Below are positions 47,933 to 59,010 of a DNA stretch of 64,000 nt, piece after piece. Made by a program: the position numbers and the translations under genes. Origin of the DNA: Gammaproteobacteria bacterium (GTDB lineage Bacteria > Pseudomonadota > Gammaproteobacteria > Eutrophobiales > Eutrophobiaceae); assembly GCA_965220815.1 (NCBI GenBank), contig OZ244846.1, positions 2,588,104 to 2,652,103 on the forward strand, in the 5' to 3' direction. Numbering within the stretch: position 1 is the first letter of the stretch; each line of letters begins with the position of its first letter. Below the pieces are notes generated by a model, which made no database searches, was not told the DNA's origin, and worked only from the letters and a program-made list of their open reading frames with translations.

Positions 47933-50668
47933 TCAAATAATCTTCCGCTCGCGCGCTGCGGTGATGGCCTGCAGGCGGTTATGCACCTGGAGTTTTTGGT
48001 AGATATTTTTCAGGTGGAAGCGGATTGTGTTTTCCGAGATGCTGATGTTTCTGGCGATCAGCTTGTTGGACAGGCCCTGGGCCAGGTATTTCAAGACTTC
48101 GTTCTCTCTCTTGCTCAGCAATTCATCGCCGGTATCCGGTTCACCAGCAGCGCTGAAGTAATTGGCTATTATTTCCGCCTGTTGCCTGTACTTGGGCGGG
48201 GGAGTCGCATATTCCGGCGATACCATGTACAGTCGCAGAAGTTCGTGTAATTCGCTGCCGGCATCAATAAATGACCGGACAAAACCGGAACTGGCGGACA
48301 GTCGCAGCGCCTGCTCCAGATGTTTGAATGCCGATGCATAATCGTTTTTCCCCCGATAAGCCATGCTTTTTAATATTTCATACCTCAGGTTCGGTTTCAG
48401 GTGGCCGCTGGATTGTGCATGACGGGAGAAACAGCTGAGTGCAGCCAGGGCTTCTTCGTAGTTTTTTTCCCTGATCTGTAACAGGATAATCGCGTGTACT
48501 GCGGCATGGCGCTCGCGCCAGGCAATATCACTCTGCCCCGGGTTTCTGTAGTTTTCCAACTGTAGCCCCGAGTCTTTGAAGGCGCGCTGTGCCTCCTCGT
48601 CCAGGTTGGCGCGCAGCAACAGGTCCATACGCTGAAATAGCAGCAGGTTGATTAAACGTTCCAGTTTTTGTTTCCCTGCATAGCTCAGGGATCGGGTCAG
48701 GATAGCGTCTGCTGCATCGATACCATGCCTGGCAAATTCGACGTTGCTTGCGCTAGTGTAACCTGCCGCATAGATATCGAACCAGGCTTCCCGTTCTTCC
48801 AGTTGTCTTGCGATGGAAACGGCCGTATTGGACATGCCCCGCAGTTGATTCAATTCGTAATTCAACTCTGCCATCAATACTTTGGCGAACAGCTTCAGGC
48901 TCATATCATCATTAAAATGCCGCCGGCACAGGTTCAGGCCGGTCTGGTAACTACTTCTGGCCTGTTCGCTGTTTCCCTCTGCGAAGGAAATATCCCCCAG
49001 GTGGAAATTAATGTAGGCTTCACCGTAGTACGATCCAAGCAGCCGGTATTCTCTTGTTGCCTCTCCGGCATGGTACCTGGCTTCACGCAGCATCCCTCTC
49101 TGCGCGTAGGCGAAACAGAGCAGGTTATGGTGGTATCCGAGGCTTGCATGATCGTCCCGGTCAATCCGGGAAATGTTCTGCGTGAACCGGGAACAGAACT
49201 GCTCCGACTGCATCTTTCCCTCGTAGCAGGCCAGCAGCGATTCCACCAGCATGATCTCATGGTCGATGCGTTGCCGGTCCGCCGTGGCGAACCCATCCTG
49301 CGTATGATGGTAGCGCTCCAGCATGGCATTGTAGCGTTTGCGCGCCTGGTAAATCTGGCCTTCCCTGATATCCAGGATACAGCGGATGGCCGTAATGCGG
49401 GGTGAGGTGGAAATGGAGTTCTCATCCAGTAAACCCAGCGCGGTTCTCAGACGCGTCAGTCCCTCCCGCAACCAGAGTATGACGCCGCCCAGTTGCTCGA
49501 TAATTTCCACTGCCCGCCGGGGTCTGCCTCCCTGTACCGCATGCCTCACGGAGCGAACGAGATTACCTTTCCCGGCGAACCAGTCGGCCGCACGCAAGTT
49601 CAGGGCTGAAGCACGATCAGGGTTGGCAAACGATAGCTTGTGCTGCAGGTATTCCCGGAACAGGGGATGCAAGCGCCAGGTGTTTCTCACCTGTTCCACA
49701 GGAGAAACCAGGGCGCTCAGCGTATGGCAGGCGTCAAACAGCAATTTGCTGTCATCGGCCTCACGCAGGTAATCCGCCAGTTCACAGGAAATCCCGTCCA
49801 TCAACGAGATATCCATTAAAAAGTTTTGCAGGTTGCTGTCAAGCCCACTGAAAATCTGTTCTGAAAGGTAGGTGGTAATGACACTGGAGGAGGATGTCAT
49901 ATTGGCCAGCACGCGGTCTATGTCCCGGTCGGCCTTTACGGAACTCTTGAGCATCTGTACTGCCACAGGCCAGCCTTCCGTCAGGCGCCGGATGTCCTCT
50001 ATGGTTTCCGCGGGCAGGTAATCCTCGAAGAACAGCCTGAGTTCATGCACCGTAAAATTGAGACTCCTGGCGGGGAGGCGCAACGCCAGGCCTTCCGTTT
50101 CCAGCTTGGCCACCTTCAAGCGGCGGTCGTCCCTGCTTGCAACGGCGACATGCAGGTTGGCCGGCGCGTAGGTCAGCAACGGCTGGATTACTCTGTCGAT
50201 TGTCTCTTCATTGAGGTTTTCAAAGTTATCGAAGATGACCACGGTTTTCTGATCTTCGCTTTCAATCGCGCGCTGAATGATATTCAGGAGCGTGCGAGCT
50301 GAGAGATCGCCGGAGTGAAATTTTTCCGTTATCCCGGCTGCGGAAAAGTCCACACCGCCCTCGTACAGTGAGTAGGCAATATAGGTCAGGAGTTGGAATG
50401 CGTCGTTGTCATCCTGGTCCAGCGACAGCCAGCATGCCTTGACGTTATCCCGTAACAGCTTGTTGCGCCAGTCTGCGTACAGTGTGCTCTTGCCATAGCC
50501 TGCAGGGGCACAGACCAGTGATAAGGTGGCGTCCAGGCAGGCATCGAGCTGTTTAAGCAGGGACGGACGCTGCAACACTTCAACACGCTGCCGGGCAGGG
50601 TGCGCCTTGGAGCGCATCAGCCAGGTTGGGAACAACGGGATAGTTTCAATATCGCGCGACTCCTTCAT
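47933..50668 (-). CDS. MalT-like ATP-dependent LuxR-family regulator
   Basis: APAGYGKST, WLSLD, TEGWP, RLHPLFREYL and C-terminal LSKRENEVL...SNKLIA...TIRFHLKNIYQKL; start codon uncertain. Confidence 0.9.
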   Translation of the reverse strand: MKESRDIETIPLFPTWLMRSKAHPARQRVEVLQRPSLLKQLDACLDATLSLVCAPAGYGKSTLYADWRNKLLRDNVKACWLSLDQDDNDAFQLLTYIAYSLYEGGVDFSAAGITEKFHSGDLSARTLLNIIQRAIESEDQKTVVIFDNFENLNEETIDRVIQPLLTYAPANLHVAVASRDDRRLKVAKLETEGLALRLPARSLNFTVHELRLFFEDYLPAETIEDIRRLTEGWPVAVQMLKSSVKADRDIDRVLANMTSSSSVITTYLSEQIFSGLDSNLQNFLMDISLMDGISCELADYLREADDSKLLFDACHTLSALVSPVEQVRNTWRLHPLFREYLQHKLSFANPDRASALNLRAADWFAGKGNLVRSVRHAVQGGRPRRAVEIIEQLGGVILWLREGLTRLRTALGLLDENSISTSPRITAIRCILDIREGQIYQARKRYNAMLERYHHTQDGFATADRQRIDHEIMLVESLLACYEGKMQSEQFCSRFTQNISRIDRDDHASLGYHHNLLCFAYAQRGMLREARYHAGEATREYRLLGSYYGEAYINFHLGDISFAEGNSEQARSSYQTGLNLCRRHFNDDMSLKLFAKVLMAELNYELNQLRGMSNTAVSIARQLEEREAWFDIYAAGYTSASNVEFARHGIDAADAILTRSLSYAGKQKLERLINLLLFQRMDLLLRANLDEEAQRAFKDSGLQLENYRNPGQSDIAWRERHAAVHAIILLQIREKNYEEALAALSCFSRHAQSSGHLKPNLRYEILKSMAYRGKNDYASAFKHLEQALRLSASSGFVRSFIDAGSELHELLRLYMVSPEYATPPPKYRQQAEIIANYFSAAGEPDTGDELLSKRENEVLKYLAQGLSNKLIARNISISENTIRFHLKNIYQKLQVHNRLQAITAARERKII

Positions 50669-50899
50669 GACTCTTACATTAGGATTGTGGCTTTTACGTG
50701 TCAATACCAGTCGATGATTAACCCCCCGTTCGGGTAGGTGGCCAATTTAACGACCAGAGGGGGTACTACTCAATTTAACCGGGCAACTACACCTTAACTC
50801 GCTGTAATCCCGGAAAAACTCGGTATGAAATAGTGCCAACTGCTATTCAGGAAAAATCATGAAAGCAAGTGTAAAAAAGCGATTTGGAAAAAACTCACC

Positions 50900-52443
50900 A
50901 TGAGAATTGGCGTAGATGTCGGAGGAACCAACACGGATGCCGTATTGATGGATGGCCGTCAAGTAAAAGCCATACATAAAGCGCCTACCAGCAGGAATGT
51001 CAATGATGGAATCGTTGCTGCCATCAGCAACGTGCTCGATATATGCCAGGTTGCTCCGGAGGATGTGCAAACCGTCATGGTAGGCACCACCCATTTTACC
51101 AATGCCTTTGTTGAGCGCAGGCATTTGCAGGAAGTGGGTGTGCTGCGCCTGGCTCTGCCCGCTACCCGTGGTGTGCCGCCCATGGTCGATTGGCCTCACG
51201 ATATTTCCGCCATTATTGGCAAACACCACTACCTGGTAGAAGGCGGCTATGAATTCGACGGGAGGCCGATTTCAGAACTGGATGAGAAAGCGATTGCGTC
51301 CGCGGCAAAAGATATGCGGGCAAAAGGCATACGGGCAGTGGCAATCAGCGGCGTATTTTCGCCCGTGAACAGCGCGATGGAAGAGCGTGCCGGGGAAATC
51401 GTTGCCAATGAACTGCCGGACGCGTCGATTACCTTGTCATCGCATATCGGACGGGTCGGTTTACTGGAGCGGGAAAATGCCGCAATCATGAATGCGAGCC
51501 TGGCCGATTTATCCGCCAGGTTTATTGCTTCATTTCAGCAGGCTTTGGCTCAGCTCAACATATCAGCGCCGTTCTACATCAGCCAGAATGACGGAACGTT
51601 GATGAGCGCCGAATTCGTAGAGAAATACCCGGTGCTGACCTTCGTTTCCGGCCCCACCAACAGTATTCGCGGCGCTGCCTATTTGTCCGGACTCAAACAT
51701 GCTCTGGTTGTCGATATTGGCGGCACTACGACTGATATCGGCATGTTGATCAATGGTTTTCCGCGTGAATCCGCCGCTGCCGTGGATATCGGTGGCGTGC
51801 GTACCAACTTTCGTATGCCGGATATCCTTGCTCTGGGACTGGGTGGGGAAGCCTTGTCAGCCAAAATGGGGAAATCAGGGTCGGCCCCCGGTCAGTAGGT
51901 TATCGCCTGACGGAAGAAGCGCTTATTTTTGATGGAGAACAACTGACGGCAACTGATATAGCGGTTGCCGCCGGTTTTGCTGAAATCGGCAACCGTTCGG
52001 CCGTCGCCAATCTTTCCGAAGCATTTATAGAGGAAACGGCAAACATCATACACAGGATGGTGGAGGAAAGCGTCGACCGCCTGAAAACGAGCGCCGAGCC
52101 ACTGCCGCTTATCCTGGTGGGCGGGGGCTCCATTCTTATCCGAAGATCCATTGCCGGCACGACGGAATGCATAGTCCCTGAACATGCCGAGGTTGCAAAT
52201 GCAATCGGAGCATCCATTGCCCAGGTCGGAGGAGAAACCGACAAAGTCTACTCCTACGAACAGACCACACGTGAAGAAGCGATAAACAGTGCGAAAACGG
52301 AAGCAATCAACCGGGCCATGGCTGCGGGAGCCGATGAAATGACTATTGAAATCACGGACCTTGAGGAAATGTCCCTGGCCTATATGCCTGGCAATGCCGT
52401 GCGGGTGCGCGCAAAAGCCGTAGGAGAGTTACGCGTATGCTGA
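50900..52443 (+). pseudogene. Hydantoinase/oxoprolinase-family protein with a single frameshift (real or sequencing error)
   Basis: GVDVGGTNTDA, GTTHFTN, LERENA, SGPTNS and DIGGTTTD. One extra G at 51845-51848 restores GLGGGS...VGPRSVGYRL...LTATD and joins ORF 52057..52443 (VANAIGA). Confidence 0.85.
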
Positions 52444-53555
52444 ATGTCGCGACAGCAGGTAACGAGAGGGCTTTCGTTACCCTGGAGGATTTGGAGGATC
52501 TGGCCCAGGGCGCCGCATTTCTCGGAACGGGTGGCGGCGGCGACCCTTACATCGGCCGTTTAATGGCCAAACATGCCATCAGGGAATACGGCATGCCGGA
52601 AATTATCGAAGTCGATGAACTGCATGATGATGCCACGGTATTGCCTGCGGCGATGCTGGGCGCGCCCACGGTGCTGGTGGAGAAAGCCGCATCCGGTGAG
52701 GATATTGATCACTCCGTCAACCGGCTTGCGCAGCTTACAGGCAAGCAACCCGATGCGATCATGCCAATCGAAATCGGCGGCATCAATTCCATGATCCCCG
52801 TCGTTGCCGCGGCGCGCCTGGGTCTGCCCCTGGTGAATTGTGATGGAATGGGACGGGCCTTTCCTGAATTGCAGATGGTCACGTTCCATGTCTACGGGGT
52901 GCCTGCCACGCCTGCGGTGATCGTTGATGAACACCTGGAGACCGTTATTGTTGAAACGCATGACGGAAAGCGAGCGGAAGATTTGATTCGCGCTGCCGCT
53001 ATCCGGATGGGCCTCAGCGTCATGATTTCCTGTTATCCCATGACCGGACGCGACGTTAAAAACTATGGGGTAAAGGGAACGTTAACCCTGGCGCTGGACG
53101 TTGGCCGTGCTATCTCAGATGGCAGGAAGCATGGCGACCCGATTGAGGCATTGCTTGCCTGTTTACGCTCTACTGAATACTACAACCACTGCAAAGTGCT
53201 GTTCGATGGAAAGATCACGGACCTGAGAAGGGAAACAAGCAAGGGTTTTTCCATAGGACATTGTGAACTTGATGCGCTGGATGGTAGTGCGCAATGCATG
53301 AATATTTTATTTCAGAACGAAAATCTGGTTGCGTACGTAGATGGAAAAACAGTCGCCGTCGTCCCGGATTTGATTTGTGTCGTGGACCGGCAAACAGGCC
53401 AACCTGTCACGGTTGAGGCTATGAAATATGGTCAGCGGGTCAAGGTCATCGGAACCAGCGCTGCGCCCATCATGAGAAGACCTGAATCCCTGGCTGTGTT
53501 TGGGCCACAGGCGTTTGGCCTGGAGGAAGAATTCATTCCCATTGAAAAATTATAA
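52437..53555 (+). CDS. DUF917-family protein
   Basis: GAAFLGTGGGGDP, GAPTV, EIGGINS, DGMGRAFPELQM, FQNENL and VPDLIC. Confidence 0.88.
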   Translation: MLNVATAGNERAFVTLEDLEDLAQGAAFLGTGGGGDPYIGRLMAKHAIREYGMPEIIEVDELHDDATVLPAAMLGAPTVLVEKAASGEDIDHSVNRLAQLTGKQPDAIMPIEIGGINSMIPVVAAARLGLPLVNCDGMGRAFPELQMVTFHVYGVPATPAVIVDEHLETVIVETHDGKRAEDLIRAAAIRMGLSVMISCYPMTGRDVKNYGVKGTLTLALDVGRAISDGRKHGDPIEALLACLRSTEYYNHCKVLFDGKITDLRRETSKGFSIGHCELDALDGSAQCMNILFQNENLVAYVDGKTVAVVPDLICVVDRQTGQPVTVEAMKYGQRVKVIGTSAAPIMRRPESLAVFGPQAFGLEEEFIPIEKL

Positions 53556-53626
53556 AAGCAAGTGACTGTTCAATGGGGCAGCAATATTTAAAACCGGGAG
53601 TGTGCCAGTGAAAGGGGAGGTATGAA

Positions 53627-55777
53627 ATGAAGACATTAACCGACAAATCAAGAGCAAATGTAATTATTTTGGCAATTTTATTAATCTGGGCGGGCAATCT
53701 CGCGGCACAGGACGCCGGTCTGCAGATCGAGGAGATCATCGTTACCGCACAAAAGCGTGAGCAAAACCTCAATGACGTCAGTGTGGCAGTGACGGTATTC
53801 ACAGGCGATGATATTCGTGGACAGCGGCTGGGCCAACCCATCGATCTCGCTGCCCAGACACCCAACCTGAACATCAATGAGACTTTCGGCAATTCGATAA
53901 CGAACGTCAGTATTCGCGGTCTCGGGTTGAACGACTATGCCGTTAACAACAACCCGGCAGCCGGCATCTACATCGACGAAGTCTACCTGGTCTCACCGGC
54001 AATGCTCGGATTTCAACTGTTTGATCTGGAACGCGTAGAGGTGCTGAAAGGGCCGCAGGGAACCCTGTACGGGCGGAATACCACTGCCGGAGCGGTGAAA
54101 TTCGTCAGCAGGAAACCAACGGAAGACTATGAAGGCTATTTGTCTGCCGACTATGGCAGGTATGACCACTTTGTCCTGGAAGGCGCGCTGGGCGGGCAAA
54201 TAGCAGAAGGGCTGACCGGCCGGGTCGCAGTGCAGACCGCCCAGCGTAATGACGGTTTTCAATTAAACCGGGCAACCGGCGGCAAGGTGGGTGAAATCGA
54301 CCGCACTGCCTGGCGTGGCCTGTTGAACTGGAGACCGTCAGATGCGCTGGATATCCTGCTCAACGTACATGGCGGCGTCGATAAATCCGACACACTGCTG
54401 CTCAAGGTGGACAACCTGTTCACGCCCGAGGACGACGGCATTGCCGACCCCTACAGTTCCGCTGCCGGGAATGATACGGAACTGGATAATGAAAATTACG
54501 GCGTGTCGTTAACCATCAACTGGAATTTGTCCGGTGGTTTAACTGTGACCTCCGTCACCGGCTACGAAGACTACGAGCGCAGCCATGACGAGGACCGGGA
54601 CGGCTCCGCCCTGGTGCACCTGGACGGGTTGTTCCTGAATGAGATTGAACAGGTGTCGCAGGAATTGCGCCTGACTTACACAGGCAAGCGCCTGGTATTG
54701 ATCGGCGGCGTATTCTACGGCCGCGACGAGGTATCAACGCGGGACAACTTCGACACCACAGACCTGCCTTTCCCCTTTACCTTCGTCGGTAATGAATACA
54801 GCCAGGATGCGGATTCCTATGCTGCATTCGGTCATGCCGAATGGCAGTTGCACGAGGACTGGAAGTTTATTGCCGGGCTGCGGTATACGGAAGAGGACAA
54901 GGAATTCAAGGATGCATTTACTTTCGCCGATTTCGGGAGAACGGGGATAGAGGGCCAGGTTTTTCCGTCTGTCAGCAATGATTACGACGTATCAAACCTG
55001 TCAGGCAAGGTGGGCATCGATTATACGGGATTTGAAAACGCCCTGTTGTACGCGAATGTCAGCCGGGGGTTCAAATCAGGCAGTTTCCAGGGGCAACTCA
55101 CATTTAATCCTGCCGACCTTGCAGGGTTCGATAAAGAGATTGTCTGGGCTTATGAAATCGGCGCCAAGACGCAACTGTTGAACAACAGTTTGCAATTCAA
55201 CGTCTCCGCGTTCTTCTATGACTATAAAGGCGTGCAGATTTACGGTCCGATATATCAAAATCCCCTGGTCGGGCCTTTGTTCGGCATTACCAATGCCGGT
55301 GATGCCGAGGTATACGGCGCGGAATTTGATCTGTTATGGAAGGCGGCTGAAGGTCTGGATATACGTCTGGGATTGGGTCTGTTGGATACCGAAATCACGG
55401 ACTCCATTCTCGATCCTTACGTGGCAACCGGCAGCAAACTGCCCAACGCGCCGGAAGTGAATTTTAACGCCCTGGTCAGGTACGAATGGAACCTTACCGG
55501 CAGCCTGCTCGCAGATGTCATGTTTGATACGGCCTATAAAGACGACGTGATCTACGATATCGTGAGACAACCACCGGAAGCGCGTGAAGACGGTTACTGG
55601 ATTTCCAATATTCGCGGTGGCATAAAGTCTGCAAATGGGACATGGGGCGTGTATTTATGGGGCAAGAATATCACCGATGAGGTTTACCGCACCCAGGTCC
55701 TGACCTCAACGGTCGGCTTCGGTGAAAACTACGGCCTGCCCGCCACCTATGGTGTCAGTGTGGACTTGAACTGGTAG
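53627..55777 (+). CDS. TonB-dependent receptor
   Basis: Signal peptide, IEEIIVTAQKRE, IRGLG, ERVEVLKGPQGTLYGRN and terminal aromatic residue (W). Confidence 0.95.
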   Translation: MKTLTDKSRANVIILAILLIWAGNLAAQDAGLQIEEIIVTAQKREQNLNDVSVAVTVFTGDDIRGQRLGQPIDLAAQTPNLNINETFGNSITNVSIRGLGLNDYAVNNNPAAGIYIDEVYLVSPAMLGFQLFDLERVEVLKGPQGTLYGRNTTAGAVKFVSRKPTEDYEGYLSADYGRYDHFVLEGALGGQIAEGLTGRVAVQTAQRNDGFQLNRATGGKVGEIDRTAWRGLLNWRPSDALDILLNVHGGVDKSDTLLLKVDNLFTPEDDGIADPYSSAAGNDTELDNENYGVSLTINWNLSGGLTVTSVTGYEDYERSHDEDRDGSALVHLDGLFLNEIEQVSQELRLTYTGKRLVLIGGVFYGRDEVSTRDNFDTTDLPFPFTFVGNEYSQDADSYAAFGHAEWQLHEDWKFIAGLRYTEEDKEFKDAFTFADFGRTGIEGQVFPSVSNDYDVSNLSGKVGIDYTGFENALLYANVSRGFKSGSFQGQLTFNPADLAGFDKEIVWAYEIGAKTQLLNNSLQFNVSAFFYDYKGVQIYGPIYQNPLVGPLFGITNAGDAEVYGAEFDLLWKAAEGLDIRLGLGLLDTEITDSILDPYVATGSKLPNAPEVNFNALVRYEWNLTGSLLADVMFDTAYKDDVIYDIVRQPPEAREDGYWISNIRGGIKSANGTWGVYLWGKNITDEVYRTQVLTSTVGFGENYGLPATYGVSVDLNW

Positions 55778-55789
55778 GAGCACCTCCCG

Positions 55790-56560
55790 ATGAAAACCAT
55801 TGTCCAATTAATTACACCCATCATAACCAGAGGGATCCGGCAACTTGACGATGTCAGGGAACTGGAACGTCCGGACCTCGAGGTGCGGCATTCCATCCTG
55901 GATAAAGGTCCCGCGTCAATAGAATCCGAATTCGATGAAGCCTTGAGCATTCCGGATACCATTAAAAAGGCCATGGAAGCGGAGCGGGACGGTGCGCACG
56001 CCATCGTCATTGACTGCATGGGGGACCCGGGACTGGACGCCTGCCGCGAGGTCGTCTCCATCCCGGTGCTGGGGCCCTGCCAGACTGCGATGCATACGGC
56101 CAGCCTGCTTGCTCACCGTTTTGGCTTTATCACGGTACTGGGACGCCTGCGTCCCCTGATCGACAACATGGCGTCAAAATACGGGATCAACGCCAATTAT
56201 GTTTCCTTCCAGGCTATCGACATACCCGTCCTGGAAATCAGCCATGACCCCGCGAAACTTAACGAGTCGTTAACGGAAAAAGCCGTACTTTCCGTGCAGC
56301 AGGACGGGGCAGACGCGTTAATCCTTGGTTGTACCGGCTTCCTGGGTTGCGCGGTAGCCATGCGCAGGGGCTTGCTGGACGCGGGACTTGACGTGCCTGT
56401 GATTGATCCAATTCCGTTAGCGGTACATACAGCCGACGCCCTGGTGAAAACCGGCCTCAGTCACAGCAAGCGAACCTTTCCATTACCCGAGATCAAAGGG
56501 CTGGCAGGTTACGACATGCCGGGTTTTCCCGGAACGATGAAACAACGGGAAGTGGCTTAG
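55790..56560 (+). CDS. Asp/Glu/hydantoin racemase family protein
   Basis: GPASIE, IDCMGDPG, LGCTG and VPVIDP (two catalytic Cys). Confidence 0.88.
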   Translation: MKTIVQLITPIITRGIRQLDDVRELERPDLEVRHSILDKGPASIESEFDEALSIPDTIKKAMEAERDGAHAIVIDCMGDPGLDACREVVSIPVLGPCQTAMHTASLLAHRFGFITVLGRLRPLIDNMASKYGINANYVSFQAIDIPVLEISHDPAKLNESLTEKAVLSVQQDGADALILGCTGFLGCAVAMRRGLLDAGLDVPVIDPIPLAVHTADALVKTGLSHSKRTFPLPEIKGLAGYDMPGFPGTMKQREVA

Positions 56561-56619
56561 CCCATCACCGTGTTATTCTAGGTTTAATTTTCGGAATTAG
56601 TTATGATTTAAAACAGACC

Positions 56620-56760
56620 ATGGATTTCCTGACTGCCTTCCCCTACTGGGGAATTATCATTGTCATCATTGTAAATGCCGTGATCGTTTCCCGTATGACG
56701 ATCCGCATCAGCGAACAGCCGGAGGAAGACGGAGACAGAAACGGGGGCGGGGAAAAGTGA
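56620..56760 (+). CDS. Small single-TM protein coupled to the SSS transporter
   Basis: Read manually: MDFLTAFPYWGIIIVIIVNAVIVSRMTIRISEQPEEDGDRNGGGEK; its TGA overlaps the GTG start of the next gene. Confidence 0.6.
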   Translation: MDFLTAFPYWGIIIVIIVNAVIVSRMTIRISEQPEEDGDRNGGGEK

Positions 56761-58292
56761 GCGGATATCTGGCCGAGCACGCCGTTATCCTTGGCTTGAT
56801 GCTCCTGTACCTGGTTTTCTGCCTGGGTGTAGGCTGGTATTTCAGGAACAGGGCAGCGGCGGGAGTCAAGGCCTTTTACGTCGCCAGGCGGGAAATTCCC
56901 GGGTGGGTTGTTTCTCTTGCATTTTTCTCTACCTTCGCCAGCACCAATACCTACATAGGCCAGGCAGGCAAGTCGTTTCAGTATGGGTTGTCCTGGGCCT
57001 GGGTAGGTTTCATCTGGGCAATTTTCTGTGTCATTTCCTGGCTGGTGCTGGGTCCCAGGATGCGCAACCAGACTGCGTTGCTCGGCTCCTATACCATTCC
57101 CGATTATTTTCACCTGCGATATAAATCTTCCCTGTCAAAGTCGATCCGGGTTTTGTCCGCCGTGATCATCCTGTTTGCCACACTCTGGTACATGGTGGGC
57201 ATAACCAAGGGACTGGGTCATGTATTGACCGCGGTACTCGACGTACCTTACGCCTGGGGCACCGCGCTGATGATCATAATCACCGGCGCCTACACCATCT
57301 GGGGCGGCATGTATGGCGTGTTATGGACCGATGCCGTCCAGGGGATCATGATGTTCGCCGTGGCCATCATCCTCGTCATGTTGCCTTTCATCTATGTCGG
57401 GGGTCCGGCCGAACTCATGAGCCGCATTGCAGAAACAACACATCCGGACCGTTTCGGACAACCCATGGGCGACGGACTCGTTAGTTTCGGGCACCTGGTC
57501 TCGTTCTTTTATATCCTCGGTATCGGTCTTGCCGTCGGGATGAAGCAGATTGCAGAACCGCGTTGCCTGATCCGGTTCTATTCCATCGACAACGCCCGCA
57601 GCATGAAATTTGCAATGATATGGACGCCTGTTTTCCTCGGCGTTTCCCTGATTTGCGTGATGGGACTGGGCGCGCTGGTGCACGGCATGGCGACAGAGCA
57701 GGAAGCTGCCTACCTGGTGCGGCACACGGACGAGGTCGTGGGTTTCATGTTGGCAAAGTTTGACGACCCGTGGATAAGCGGTATCTGCGTGGCTGGACTG
57801 TTCGCAGCCGGCATGTCATCGCTGGCGGCAGTCCTGCTTATCGTCGGCACTGCCTTCATCCAGGATATCTGGCACGTCTCAAGACCTATGGAAAAGGGCA
57901 GACTGGTGCCGCGCACCAGGTGGACGATTTTCGGCTACAGTGTATTGCTGTACGTATTCACGCTCTATCCGCCCGCCGGTATTGTCGAACTTACAGCCTT
58001 TTCGGGGGCCGTATTTGCGGCCAGTTTCTTCCCGGCAATCTTCGGCGGCCTCTACCTGCGTTGGGGAACCGATATGGGTGCGCTGGCATCCATGCTGGCC
58101 GGAATGCTGAGTTGCGTGATCTGGCGTTTTGCATTCCGCTTCCGGATCCCCGAACTGCAGGACGTACACGAAGTAATCCCCGCGTTTCTCGTCTCCGTCG
58201 TCGTCTATCTCATCGTCAGCAAAATCACGGCCCGGCGCCGTCCGGACCGGCGCCACCTCGACAGGTTGTTTACGCTACCCGACTCGTCCTGA
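56757..58292 (+). CDS. Sodium:solute symporter (PutP/PanF-like)
   Basis: FYVARR, STFAS, TIPDYFHLRY, GGMYGVLWTDAVQG and AAGMSS; many TM segments. Confidence 0.9.
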   Translation: MSGYLAEHAVILGLMLLYLVFCLGVGWYFRNRAAAGVKAFYVARREIPGWVVSLAFFSTFASTNTYIGQAGKSFQYGLSWAWVGFIWAIFCVISWLVLGPRMRNQTALLGSYTIPDYFHLRYKSSLSKSIRVLSAVIILFATLWYMVGITKGLGHVLTAVLDVPYAWGTALMIIITGAYTIWGGMYGVLWTDAVQGIMMFAVAIILVMLPFIYVGGPAELMSRIAETTHPDRFGQPMGDGLVSFGHLVSFFYILGIGLAVGMKQIAEPRCLIRFYSIDNARSMKFAMIWTPVFLGVSLICVMGLGALVHGMATEQEAAYLVRHTDEVVGFMLAKFDDPWISGICVAGLFAAGMSSLAAVLLIVGTAFIQDIWHVSRPMEKGRLVPRTRWTIFGYSVLLYVFTLYPPAGIVELTAFSGAVFAASFFPAIFGGLYLRWGTDMGALASMLAGMLSCVIWRFAFRFRIPELQDVHEVIPAFLVSVVVYLIVSKITARRRPDRRHLDRLFTLPDSS

Positions 58293-58361
58293 CGAACAGA
58301 CGGACCCTGCATTGTATAACCGGATTCCAGCGCCGGATGGTTGCTGATATAATCCGGCATC

Positions 58362-58994
58362 ATGGAACATCAATTCTGGCATGAGAAGTGGGAAGCGAAT
58401 GACCTTGCATTTCACCGGATGGATTACAACCCCGTACTGGTCGACAACTGGCCGGTACTGGATGTGCCGGCGGGCAGCAGGGTGTTCGTCCCACTGTGCG
58501 GCAAGTCCAGGGACATGGCCTGGCTCATGGAGCAGGGATACCGGGTGCTGGGCGTCGAACTGAGCGAGATCGCCGCCCGGTCATTCCTCGAGGAAAGCGG
58601 CCTGGAAGCGCAGCGCGACTGGGACGGCCCGTTCATCCGCTACCAGACGGAGCAACTGGAGTTTCTGTGCGGCGACTTCTTTTCACTGAAGCCGGAGCGG
58701 TTGTCCGATATCGACGCGGTGTACGACCGCGCTTCGCTCATCGCCATGGAACAGGACCTGCGCGCGCAATATACCACGCACATGAGGGACCTGTTGCGGC
58801 CCGGCCTGCAGGCGTTGCTGATTACCCTGACGTACCGGGACGGCGAGATCAACCCGCCGCCGTTCCGGGTGTTCCGGGACGAAGTCGAGGCCCTGTACGC
58901 CCACTGGTGCGACCTGGAACTGCTGCAGGAGGGCGAAACCGAGGTAAAAGGCATCATGTGTCCCCAGTTCGCCTACCGCCTGCGGGTAAAGTAG
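58362..58994 (+). CDS. tpm: Thiopurine S-methyltransferase
   Basis: RVFVPLCGKS, GVELSEIA, CGDFF, YDRASLIA and PPF. Confidence 0.9.
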   Translation: MEHQFWHEKWEANDLAFHRMDYNPVLVDNWPVLDVPAGSRVFVPLCGKSRDMAWLMEQGYRVLGVELSEIAARSFLEESGLEAQRDWDGPFIRYQTEQLEFLCGDFFSLKPERLSDIDAVYDRASLIAMEQDLRAQYTTHMRDLLRPGLQALLITLTYRDGEINPPPFRVFRDEVEALYAHWCDLELLQEGETEVKGIMCPQFAYRLRVK

Positions 58995-59010
58995 TCCCGG
59001 TGTAAGCATC

